Part shown: positions 1 to 9,171 of the stretch, in pieces
How the letters are laid out: each line of letters starts with the position of its first letter
How positions within the stretch are numbered: the first letter of the stretch is position 1
Source of the DNA: Nodosilinea sp.
GTDB taxonomy: Bacteria > Cyanobacteriota > Cyanobacteriia > Phormidesmidales > Phormidesmidaceae
Assembly (NCBI GenBank): GCA_035466075.1
Contig: DATIVG010000128.1
Span: 1,109-65,108, forward strand
Direction of reading: 5' to 3'
Length of the DNA stretch: 64,000 nt
Position numbers and translations under genes: made by a program
Notes under the pieces: model-generated
The model's database searches: none
What the model was told of the DNA's origin: nothing
What the model saw: only the letters and a program-made list of their open reading frames with translations

Positions 1-780
1 GGCTGTGCGAGTCAGCGACAGCAGCCGCCGTAGACCGAGCCAGCCAATGGTGGAGTAGCCCGCCGCCAGCAGCAGGCTAATCACTGAGATGCGGAAGGCT
101 GACTTGCGGGCCTCGATTTTGACTCGGCGCTCTGCCTCGGTGCGGCGGGTGCCAATTTCGGTTTCAATCTGCTGCTGGGCCTGGCTAGCCCGCTGCTGCA
201 AGAACTCGGTCAGCCCGGCGGGGTCGTCGCGATACTGCTCAATGTCGGGGGGAAGCTGGCCGCTTTGGATCGCCTGGGCAAGCAAATCCTCGTCTTGCAG
301 CAGGGCCCCGAGCTGGGTTTGCTGCTGGCTGAGCTCGGTCGAGAGGCGCTGCTGTAGCTGGGAGGCGGCCTCGCTGGCTTCGTTGTTGACCTGATCGAGG
401 GCTTGCTGGCTAGACAGCCGTACCGCATTTAGGTGCAGCAGGGTAAGCAGCAGATACAGGAGCCCCAGCAGGCTGGCCAGGGTGCAGACCCAAAAGCGCA
501 GGTCGGTGGTGAGGGTTTTGCGCTGGGCCACGCGCCCGACGGAGTTGTCTAGCCAAAACCCGGTCAGCAGAAGGGCCATGCCGACCAGAGGGACAATGCC
601 TCGATCGACAAACTGGGTGGTGGTGGCCAACTGCCACTGGGTATTGACCAGGTTGGGGGGCACCAGCAGGATGATGAAGTCTAGCAGGGCCGAGAGAATT
701 GCGATCGCACCGGCTACCTTGAGGGCAATGGCGGCCAGGGGAGACGCCACTAAGCTGGGAGCAGCGGGTTCAGAGGTCAT
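1..780 (-). CDS. hpsJ: HpsJ-family membrane protein (hormogonium polysaccharide-associated), partial, runs off the window edge
   Basis: Not in the ORF track. Hand translation from ATG at 780 gives MTSEPAAPSLVASPLAAIALKVAGAIAILSALLDFIILLVPPNLVNTQWQLATTTQFVDRGIVPLVGMALLLTGFWLD..., with several TM helices and a Q-rich helical region. The 'LLDF...WQ...VDRGIVP.VG' pattern matches cyanobacterial HpsJ-like proteins. No stop codon seen before position 1. Confidence 0.75.
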   Translation of the reverse strand, partial: MTSEPAAPSLVASPLAAIALKVAGAIAILSALLDFIILLVPPNLVNTQWQLATTTQFVDRGIVPLVGMALLLTGFWLDNSVGRVAQRKTLTTDLRFWVCTLASLLGLLYLLLTLLHLNAVRLSSQQALDQVNNEASEAASQLQQRLSTELSQQQTQLGALLQDEDLLAQAIQSGQLPPDIEQYRDDPAGLTEFLQQRASQAQQQIETEIGTRRTEAERRVKIEARKSAFRISVISLLLAAGYSTIGWLGLRRLLSLTRTA

Positions 781-909
781 AGGATTGGGCAGTTGCTACA
801 GATAACCATTCTGCACTGGCGGTGCCAGAAAACCACAAAATTGCTATAAAACCTTGAGCTTTACCGCCGGGCGATCCAGGTGCAAGAGCAGGTCGGGGGA
901 GCACTGGGC

Positions 910-2676
910 TCACTCGGGGCTGGGGGCCGGACGCCAGTCTTTGATGGCCCAGGTGCTGGCATCCCAGGGCGTGAACTCCACCTCGGCCAGCCGATCGTTG
1001 ACGGCATTGGCCATGGCCCGGTGCACCACCGGAATCACCGCCACATCCTGGGCTAGCAGCTCATTCATCTGCTGAAACAGCTCGGCCCGCCGAGCCGGGT
1101 CTAGCTCCTGCCGGGCGGATTCCCAGAGCCGATCGTACTCCGGGTTGCAGTAGCGGGCGTTGTTGGGCTCCTGCCACTGGTTGGCCTGGGAGGCCATTTT
1201 GTCGCAGGTCCACCAGCCCATGTAGGTGCCGGGGTCGGGGCTGTCGTTGCCGGTGGAGTACACCTGCATGTCGGCGTAGAAATGGTTGAGGCTGCCGGTG
1301 TCCTGCGGGTTGCCCGAGAAAAACTCATCCATGCGCACGCGCGCGATCTGCACATCTATGCCCAGCTCCTTGAGGCTGTCGCTGACGATGGCCTGGGTTT
1401 TTTGGCGCACCGGGTTTACCGCCGCCTGGAACAGCACCTCCAGGGTGACCCCCTCGCGATCGCGCAGGCCGTCGCCGTTGGTATCGACCCAGCCCGCGGC
1501 ATCCAGCAGGGCCTTGGCCCGCTCCAGGTCGTAGGTGTAGGTGACGGTGGCCGATTGGTAGTCGGTGGGGGCCACCAGCAGTTGGGCGGTGGGTTTGCCA
1601 GCGGTGCCGTACAGCTCTTTGGCAATGGTGTCGCGGTCGATGGCCAGATTGATGGCCTGGCGCACCTGGAGGTCGGTGAAGTAGGGGTGCGGAATCTGGG
1701 GGCTGGAGCGCTCCCCCGCCTCGGTGCGGGCGAAGGGATGGGAGAAATTCAGCATGATGCGCTCTACCTGGGAGCCAAACAGGGTGGTGACATGGCCGCT
1801 GGCGTTAGCTTCCAGATCGCTGAGGGCCTCGGCTTCGACCTGGAGATTGTGAGCAAAGTCGGCGGTGCCGGTTTGCAGCACCTCTCGGGCCGCCGCGTAG
1901 GGGGCGAGCCCACCCAGCAGCTCCACCCGCTCAAAGGCCGGGCGACCGCCCCAGTAGCTGGGGTTGGGCTCGTAGATCACGGTGCCCGCCTCAAACCCCA
2001 CCGCCTGGTAGGGGCCGGTTCCTACGGGCTGGAGGTTGGCCAGGGCTTCACGGGCCGTGGGGCCGTTATACTCGGCAAAAATGTGGCGGGGCAAAATCAG
2101 CCCGGTTTGGCCGGTAAAGGGCACCGACCAGGCTGGGTTGGGGGTGGTAAAGGTGATTTTGACGGTGTAGGGATCGAGGGCCTCGACGGCTTTTACCCCT
2201 TCGTAATACTGAGCGGTGGCGGCGGCTACCGCCGGGTTGCGAATGAACTCAAAGGTAAAGACCACATCCTCGGCGGTGAAGGGTTCGCCATCGGCCCAGG
2301 TGATGTCGGGGCGCAGGGTCCAGGTTACGGTGGTGCCGTCGCTGGCAATGCCCCCATTTTCTAAGGTGGGAATGTCATCGGCGAGAAAGGGCACCAGTTC
2401 CCCGGCCTGGTTGTAGCTGGCCAGGGGCTCGTAGACAATGCGAGCGGCTTCAAAGTCTTGGTAGCCGGTGGCCAGGTGGGGGTTGAGGGTGAGGGCAGCC
2501 CGGCTGTAGAGCAGGCGCAGGGTGTCGGGGCTGCGGGCCTCGGTTGGGGGAGCGGTAGACTCAGCGGTGGGGCCATCGGCGGGGCCGGGCGACTGGCTAC
2601 AGGTGACGGTGGCGGCTAGGGCAGCCCCCGCAGCGACAATGCCCAGTGCCGTACGCAATCCTCGTCGTCTGATCAT
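910..2676 (-). CDS. Peptide/nickel ABC transporter substrate-binding lipoprotein (SBP family 5)
   Basis: ORF 910..2751. Likely start is ATG 2676 (MIRRRGLR...ATVTC lipobox). Contains family-5 motifs LNPHL, DITWADGEPFTAEDVVFT, PVGTGPY and VRQAINLAIDR. Confidence 0.9.
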   Translation of the reverse strand: MIRRRGLRTALGIVAAGAALAATVTCSQSPGPADGPTAESTAPPTEARSPDTLRLLYSRAALTLNPHLATGYQDFEAARIVYEPLASYNQAGELVPFLADDIPTLENGGIASDGTTVTWTLRPDITWADGEPFTAEDVVFTFEFIRNPAVAAATAQYYEGVKAVEALDPYTVKITFTTPNPAWSVPFTGQTGLILPRHIFAEYNGPTAREALANLQPVGTGPYQAVGFEAGTVIYEPNPSYWGGRPAFERVELLGGLAPYAAAREVLQTGTADFAHNLQVEAEALSDLEANASGHVTTLFGSQVERIMLNFSHPFARTEAGERSSPQIPHPYFTDLQVRQAINLAIDRDTIAKELYGTAGKPTAQLLVAPTDYQSATVTYTYDLERAKALLDAAGWVDTNGDGLRDREGVTLEVLFQAAVNPVRQKTQAIVSDSLKELGIDVQIARVRMDEFFSGNPQDTGSLNHFYADMQVYSTGNDSPDPGTYMGWWTCDKMASQANQWQEPNNARYCNPEYDRLWESARQELDPARRAELFQQMNELLAQDVAVIPVVHRAMANAVNDRLAEVEFTPWDASTWAIKDWRPAPSPE

Positions 2677-2893
2677 GAGCGGTTGTAAGCGGTTGTAAAT
2701 GGAACCCAAAACTACAGTGCCTTCGGCCTCTGACCCCAGCCCCGATGCCAAGCCCTATGGTAAACAATTTGGGCCCTGGGCGGCGGCGAGGGCGGGCCGC
2801 TCTCTCCCTTAGGTGTACCGAGGGCACTAGACCCATTTCAGGAGAGTTTTGTGGCCCTAGGCGGTGAAATGGCGGCGGTGAGGGGACGGGGGC

Positions 2894-3790
2894 TTACCCG
2901 CACCCCAGGGCAACGGCGGGGGGCTGTAGACCATCGAGGTGGTGGGCGTAGCGGCTGGGGGCAATACCGGCCTTAGCTGAAATCATGATGGCGATGTTTT
3001 CAGGCTGGGTGGCGGCAAAGAAGTCGGCCAGCTGGCGGTCGTCGAGGGGTTGGGGCAGCCAGTATTCGTTACAAAGGGGGGCCCAGTCGTAGTAGTGGCC
3101 GCTGGATTCTTTGAGCAGGTGATCGACAAAGACGCCGTAGAGAATGTACTCCGAGAGGGTTTTGGCCCCAGCCAGGGTTTCGAGCCAGGGACGACCGGAG
3201 ACTTGCTCGATGCGATCGCACATAGCAATCGTATGGTCGCGTCGCCAGGTGATTAAATTGCCGATGTAGTTGGGGCGGGGCCAGCCGCAGCCATCGCCCG
3301 ACAGACCGAGGAACTGGTAGGCTGCCCGGTACAGAGGGTCAAAGTCAGGATTTTCGTAGGCTGGCACCCGAAACAGCCGGGTTTTGCCCTGCCGGACAAA
3401 CTGGGTCAGATCAAAAGGGCGAATAAACGCCACATCGGAATCGACAAAGACCGTGGCCGCCTCAGGGATGCTTTTGGCCAGGGCGATTTTGACCAGCTGC
3501 TGTAAAACCCAGTTGCGAATCGGGGGGGTTTTGAGGCTAAACCAGGCTTTGCCCACCAGCGGCAGGCGGAAAATCCACGGCGGTAGCAGCGATTCTACGG
3601 TCAATATTTCGGTGGTGGGGCTGGCGAGCGAGCGAAACAGGCGGTATTCCCGCTGATCGACAATGACGTAGTGGCGCACCGGAGATTGACTGAGGGCCTG
3701 GACGCTGTTGACCAGAAGTTTACAGCGGTCGTAGTCGGGCCCATAGCTGGGGGTGGCCAGGGCCATGGTGGGCTGCACAGAGAAGCGCAT
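2894..3790 (-). CDS. DUF6492-family protein, glycosyltransferase-like
   Basis: 298 aa. TPSY.PDYDRCKLL, W..QQLVK and a DxD-type FVDSD motif. Confidence 0.7.
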   Translation of the reverse strand: MRFSVQPTMALATPSYGPDYDRCKLLVNSVQALSQSPVRHYVIVDQREYRLFRSLASPTTEILTVESLLPPWIFRLPLVGKAWFSLKTPPIRNWVLQQLVKIALAKSIPEAATVFVDSDVAFIRPFDLTQFVRQGKTRLFRVPAYENPDFDPLYRAAYQFLGLSGDGCGWPRPNYIGNLITWRRDHTIAMCDRIEQVSGRPWLETLAGAKTLSEYILYGVFVDHLLKESSGHYYDWAPLCNEYWLPQPLDDRQLADFFAATQPENIAIMISAKAGIAPSRYAHHLDGLQPPAVALGCG

Positions 3791-4071
3791 GGGTTGAAAT
3801 CGGGAAACGCAACAGCAAAGACCTAGAATGGGCGAGGGTATTGGGTCTGCACCACCCCCAGGGGAGGGATTTAGCCAGTTTTTTTGGCCTTCAAGACCTT
3901 AGGTGGTGAACATAAAATGACGGTAAAGGATGCCCTTAGACTACAGAAAGTACATAGGCTAATTAAGCCCCCATAAAAAGGTGAACAAATCGGCAAAATT
4001 AGCTATTGTTAGGGGTCAACCGACCCGGTAGCGGTTGACTGTGAGACTAAGCGAGAGCACCAGGCAGGACT

Positions 4072-5475
4072 ATGACTGACACTACGGCTTCGAGCGCCTC
4101 CCCAGACCCCCAGCGACCAGAGCCCTTCACCTCCTCTGGAGATCGGCCCGACCAGGGTACATTTGAGGCGGGGACTGGGTGGGAAACGGTGAGCTTTCCA
4201 GGCCAACTGCCCCTGGCAGGAGAATCCGAGGTTAGCCTCGATCCCGTTGCTGACGCTACCATCTCCAACGCCGCCGCGCCGGGAGGGCCTGAGACCAGCG
4301 CCCTGGAGCCCGAGCTTTACCCCCAGGCCGAGAGTGCAGAGCCTGCCCCCGAAAACCTGGTGCAGCTGATTCAAGACCTCAACCAATGTAATGATGCCCT
4401 ACTGCTGCGGGTGACCGAGCTGGAAGACGATCTGGAGCGATCGCAGGTGGCCCTCCAGGCGGAGGTTGAGCGCCACCAGAGCCAGTCGGGCCGGTTGCCC
4501 GCCGATAGCCTGCCCGGCCCGGTACAGCAGCAAATTGCCCAGCTGCTCAGCGAGCTCGACATTGCCAACGACGGCCTGCGGCGCACCACCATTCACAATG
4601 AAACCCTCCAGGCTGAGCTAGAGGCCAGCCAGCAGCGGGTGGCCCAGCTGGAGCGAGAATGTACCCTATTGCAGCAGCGGTTTGGGGAGAAAAACACCGC
4701 CCTGCACCAGGCCGAGGAGACCTGCCGCGACCTCAAGGCACGGCTGCACCGGCAGCAGCGCTACACCCTGCAATTCAAGGCGGCGCTAGAAAAGTGTCTC
4801 AACATGGCGCCGGGCTCTGCCACCGCCAGCGACCCTGAGGTGATCCAGGGGCAGCTGTTGCCCGCCCTCAAGGAGTCGGGGCAGCCGGTAGCCATGCCGC
4901 GATCGCAACAAATTCAGCCCTGGTCGGCGGGAAAAACCACCCTGACCGACAACCCCAGCCTGACCCACCTGCTGCGGGGCCTGCGCAGCAGCGAGCCGCC
5001 TGTGCCGCCGATGCCGGCCCCGGCCCCCGAACCGGCCCTAGCCCCCATTGTCTTTGCCGACTTGCCCGCCGCTGCCCCGACCCCCGCCCCCGACCCCTGG
5101 CTAGAAGAACCACCGGCCCCGGCGGCTCAAGCCTCTCTATTTACCGAGCCCTCCCCCTGGGGCGAGCCGGTTACTGCGCCCGCCCCAGCGGAGCGGCCCG
5201 ACCCCCGACCTACCGTACAGCCCCCGGCCCCGGTGCAGCCCCCGGCCTCAGTGCAGCCCCCGGCCCCAATGCAAACTCCAGCGGTGAGGCACACCCCGGT
5301 TGAGCCGCCGCCCATGGCCTCGGCCCCCTCGCCGCTGCCCAGCTATCTGATTGGCAACGCCAGCGCCAAGGCATCGCCCTCGCCGCTGGTCTACCCGCTG
5401 CGATCGCAGAAAAAAATCACCTCCATTGCGGCGGTTGAGCTACCCAGCTTTGGCCGCACCCTCCGGCGGCGGTAA
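4072..5475 (+). CDS. Conserved cyanobacterial coiled-coil protein with Pro-rich C-terminal linker
   Basis: 467 aa. Heptad-rich central region ending in QRYTLQFKAALEKCL, Pro-rich tail, C-terminal AAVELPSF motif. Confidence 0.75.
   Translation: MTDTTASSASPDPQRPEPFTSSGDRPDQGTFEAGTGWETVSFPGQLPLAGESEVSLDPVADATISNAAAPGGPETSALEPELYPQAESAEPAPENLVQLIQDLNQCNDALLLRVTELEDDLERSQVALQAEVERHQSQSGRLPADSLPGPVQQQIAQLLSELDIANDGLRRTTIHNETLQAELEASQQRVAQLERECTLLQQRFGEKNTALHQAEETCRDLKARLHRQQRYTLQFKAALEKCLNMAPGSATASDPEVIQGQLLPALKESGQPVAMPRSQQIQPWSAGKTTLTDNPSLTHLLRGLRSSEPPVPPMPAPAPEPALAPIVFADLPAAAPTPAPDPWLEEPPAPAAQASLFTEPSPWGEPVTAPAPAERPDPRPTVQPPAPVQPPASVQPPAPMQTPAVRHTPVEPPPMASAPSPLPSYLIGNASAKASPSPLVYPLRSQKKITSIAAVELPSFGRTLRRR
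5215..5286 (+). repeat. In-frame 18-nt tandem repeat x4 (VQPPAP/VQPPAS/VQPPAP/MQTPAV)
   Basis: gtacagcccccggccccg gtgcagcccccggcctca gtgcagcccccggcccca atgcaaactccagcggtg read directly from the sequence. Confidence 0.85.
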
Positions 5476-5485
5476 TCGACCTGGC

Positions 5486-5543
5486 ATAGCGTGAAACGGA
5501 ATGGGGGTGGTCAGCTGACCACCCCCATTCCGTTTCACGCTAT
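5486..5543. terminator. 58-bp perfect spacerless palindrome between convergent genes; probable bidirectional terminator
   Basis: atagcgtgaaacggaatgggggtggtcag|ctgaccacccccattccgtttcacgctat. Lies between the stop at 5475 (+) and the hetR stop at 5570 (-). Confidence 0.7.
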
Positions 5544-5569
5544 CTGATCAGGCTGATCAGGCGATGCCG

Positions 5570-6523
<954 letters not shown>

Positions 6524-6800
6524 TCATAACGACGAGCGATCTCGCAACCCGTGCTGCTGAGGGGACGAAACCGCCAAAAACGACCAGAATTATGCCAATA
6601 CAGCTTAATCTAAAAGCTTAAAAAGAAAATGTATTAATAAGAATGGGTATCAAATACTGTTGCTTAGGTAAAGCTTTAGGATCGGCTCTGGGAACTGAGC
6701 CTTAAACCTAGGGGTGACAACCTGATTATGTTTAAGTGTGACTCAAAATCTGCCAAATAAACGGTCATCCCTGGGGGAGTTGCTCAGTGCTCCAGGCCCA

Positions 6801-6850
6801 GCCTGACCTGGCCTGGGTGCCGGGTCTCGGCAGCCCGGGCCAGGCTAGGC
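6801..6850. terminator. GC-rich hairpin overlapping the patX stop codon
   Basis: gcctg-a-cctggcctggg-tgccg-ggtct-cggca-g-cccgggccagg-ct-aggc. Could act as terminator or RNA stability element between patX and hetR. Confidence 0.55.
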
Positions 6851-7132
6851 ACCGTGGGGCTCGGTAATGCGACCGCTGCCGCGGTAGGCGACAGCCTCCG
6901 GCTGCCAGCTACTGCTGGGAGCCGGAGGTTGGGGGCTCACCCGCCCACTGCCGCGAAAGCTTTGCAGTTGCAGGGTGGCGGGCAGGCGGCTGAGGCGACC
7001 GCTGCCGCGGTCATCCTCGGTGCGAACGGTGGCCCGCAGCCCGGCCCCCGCGTAGGCGTTGAGCAGCAGGGAAATCCCTGGGGCAGCGGTGATCAGCAGG
7101 CCTAGGCTGGTGGCGCAGGCCAGACGAGTCAT
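6845..7132 (-). CDS. patX: PatX, an RGSGR-pentapeptide-containing HetR inhibitor precursor (three RGSGR copies)
   Basis: ORF 6845..7159, likely start ATG 7132. Hydrophobic N-terminus, then DRGSGR, FRGSGR and a C-terminal YRGSGR. Adjacent to and co-oriented with hetR. Confidence 0.88.
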   Translation of the reverse strand: MTRLACATSLGLLITAAPGISLLLNAYAGAGLRATVRTEDDRGSGRLSRLPATLQLQSFRGSGRVSPQPPAPSSSWQPEAVAYRGSGRITEPHGA

Positions 7133-7494
7133 CAAGGAACAGGTAACGGAAGGGTGCATAGGACTTGGCCTTGTTAGCGCTTCTAGTCCTAGTTACAAAC
7201 CTGGCCGCGCTCAGTCAGGAAAATCTTCATACGTAAATCCGCTGATTTTTCCCGATTCCGTAACCCCTGGCACGGTTTTTTCGGCTACTCGGCTCGTGTA
7301 GAAGTTCTGTATTGGTTTTGCCTGCTGGGTTACAGCCCCGGCAGGGGGCGCGGCGGGCGGCGCTAGGCCGTGCCTAGGTTCATCAAATCTTGTTGAAAAG
7401 GACGGGCTGAAACCGGGGATTTTGCCCTGTTTAGCCCTAGCCAGTTTGGTGCAGATAGATCTCCCAAACAGGTTTGAAGGTGCAAAGGCCTGGA

Positions 7495-7582
7495 GATTTT
7501 TGGCAGGTTTCTGAGAGGTTTCGGGCAGCTTTCTGAAAGGTTTCGGGCGGGTTTTTGGCGGGTTTCGGGCGGGTTTCGGGCT
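7495..7582. repeat. Degenerate 11-bp tandem repeat x8 (consensus GGTTTCGGGCG)
   Basis: GATTTTTGGCA GGTTTCTGAGA GGTTTCGGGCA GCTTTCTGAAA GGTTTCGGGCG GGTTTTTGGCG GGTTTCGGGCG GGTTTCGGGCT. Confidence 0.8.
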
Positions 7583-7876
7583 GTCCTGAGCGAGGCAGTG
7601 GTTACACCAGGGTGGTCTCCGGGGGGTGACAGGGTGTGAGGCCGAGGGCAGCAGCGGGGCGACAGTGGGCTAGGGCCGGGGTGGGCGCGTTCTCTCAGGG
7701 TAAGTGCGGCAATTCATAACAAACTGGTCGGAAAAGCCTGGGGTGAAATGGCCAGAACCGCCTAAACGATCTACTCTAAGTGGGATATCTTGTGTCGTTG
7801 AGTTTGGCTACCGGTGGTCTACCTGAAAAGACAAGCTTTTCTGGGTCTGGTGGCCGACGTTTTTTGAGGTCTGGCC

Positions 7877-9054
7877 ATGCCCCCACTCGCCCTGGCAAAC
7901 CGTGTTGCCCGCGTTACCCCGTCGATGACTCTGGCCATTTCGGCTCGGGCTAAGGCTATGAAGGCCGAGGGGTTGCCGGTGTGCAGCTTTAGCGCCGGAG
8001 AGCCCGATTTTGATACCCCTGACCATATTAAGGCGGCGGCAAAGACCGCCCTTGACCAGGGCAAGACCCGCTACGGCCCGGTGGCGGGCGAGCCGGGGCT
8101 GCGCCAGGCCATTGCCCACAAGCTCCAGCACGACAACGGCCTCTGCTACGGCCCCGACAACGTGCTGGTCACCAACGGCGGCAAGCATTCGCTCTACGGC
8201 CTGATGATGGCGCTGATTGAGCCGGGCGATGAGGTGATTATTCCGGCGCCTTACTGGCTGAGCTACCCGGAGATGGTGCAGCTGGCGGGGGGACGCCGGT
8301 GATTGTGCCGACCACCGCTGAGCAGGGCTACCGCATTACCCCGGAGCAGCTGCGCCAGGCCATCACCCCGCAGACCAAGCTGTTTATTCTCAACACGCCG
8401 TCTAACCCGACGGGGATGGTGTACTCGCCAGCGGAGATTGAGGCGCTGGCGGCGGTGGTGGTGGAGGCCGATATCTGGGTGGTCTCCGACGAAATCTACG
8501 AAAAAATTCTCTACGAGGGGGCGACCCACCTGAGCATTGGCGCGGTGTCGCCAGCGGCCTTTGAGCGCACCCTGATTAGCAATGGCTTTGCCAAGGCCTA
8601 CTCGATGACGGGCTGGCGGGTGGGCTACCTGGCCGGGCCGGTGGAGTTGATCAAGGCGGTGGCGACAATTCAGGGCCACAGTACGTCGAATGTCTGTACC
8701 TTTGCGCAGTATGGTGCGATCGCAGCCCTGGAAGGCCCCCAAGACTGTATTGCCACCATGGGCCGGGCCTTTGCCGAGCGCCGCCAGGCCATTGTCCAAC
8801 GCTGTCAGGCCATTGCGGGCCTCAGCTGCGGCGTACCCGAGGGGGCCTTTTACCTCTACATCGACATTGGGGCGCTGGGGTTACCCTCCCTCGACTTTTG
8901 CACCCAGCTGCTCGACGAAAAGTATGTCGCCGCCATTCCCGGCATTGCCTTCGGGGCCGAGCACACCATTCGCGTCTCCTACGCCACCGATATGGACACC
9001 ATTCTGACCGGTATGGATCGACTGGAGGCCTTTGTGCGCACCCGTTTGGGGTAG
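7877..9054 (+). pseudogene. aspC: PLP-dependent aspartate aminotransferase (class I/II), frameshifted at a G6 run (8287-8292)
   Basis: N-half (7877..8302: [19 protein letters not shown]) and C-half (8299..9054: [29 protein letters not shown]) are in different frames. One extra G restores [10 protein letters not shown]. May be a sequencing error. Confidence 0.85.
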
Positions 9055-9171
9055 GCCTGGGGCCTGGGGTGAAGGCCAGGGGCAGGCACCGGTCACGTAA
9101 CGTGTGATGTCGAAGGCTTAGTTTTTGCCCCAGCCTGGAATACTAAGGGGGCCTTCGGTAGTCCATGCTAC

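Noticed and set aside
1282-2364. 360-aa plus-strand ORF and similar long antisense ORFs (52324..53262, 40938..41804, 57903..58661, 22957..23775)
   Set aside because: Shadow ORFs opposite well-supported genes, expected at high GC, with no recognisable motifs.
6712-6722. GGGTGACAACC as a HetR box (GGG-N5-CCC) upstream of hetR
   Set aside because: One mismatch in a 6-nt-information motif is expected by chance in GC-rich DNA.
7133-7500. DIF1 (TCCGGA) heterocyst promoter motif upstream of patX
   Set aside because: No exact TCCGGA found by eye in this interval.
7697-7704. GGGTAAG (SigF/SigJ-like -10) here, and GGAATACT near 9137
   Set aside because: Short motifs without TSS data cannot be distinguished from chance matches.
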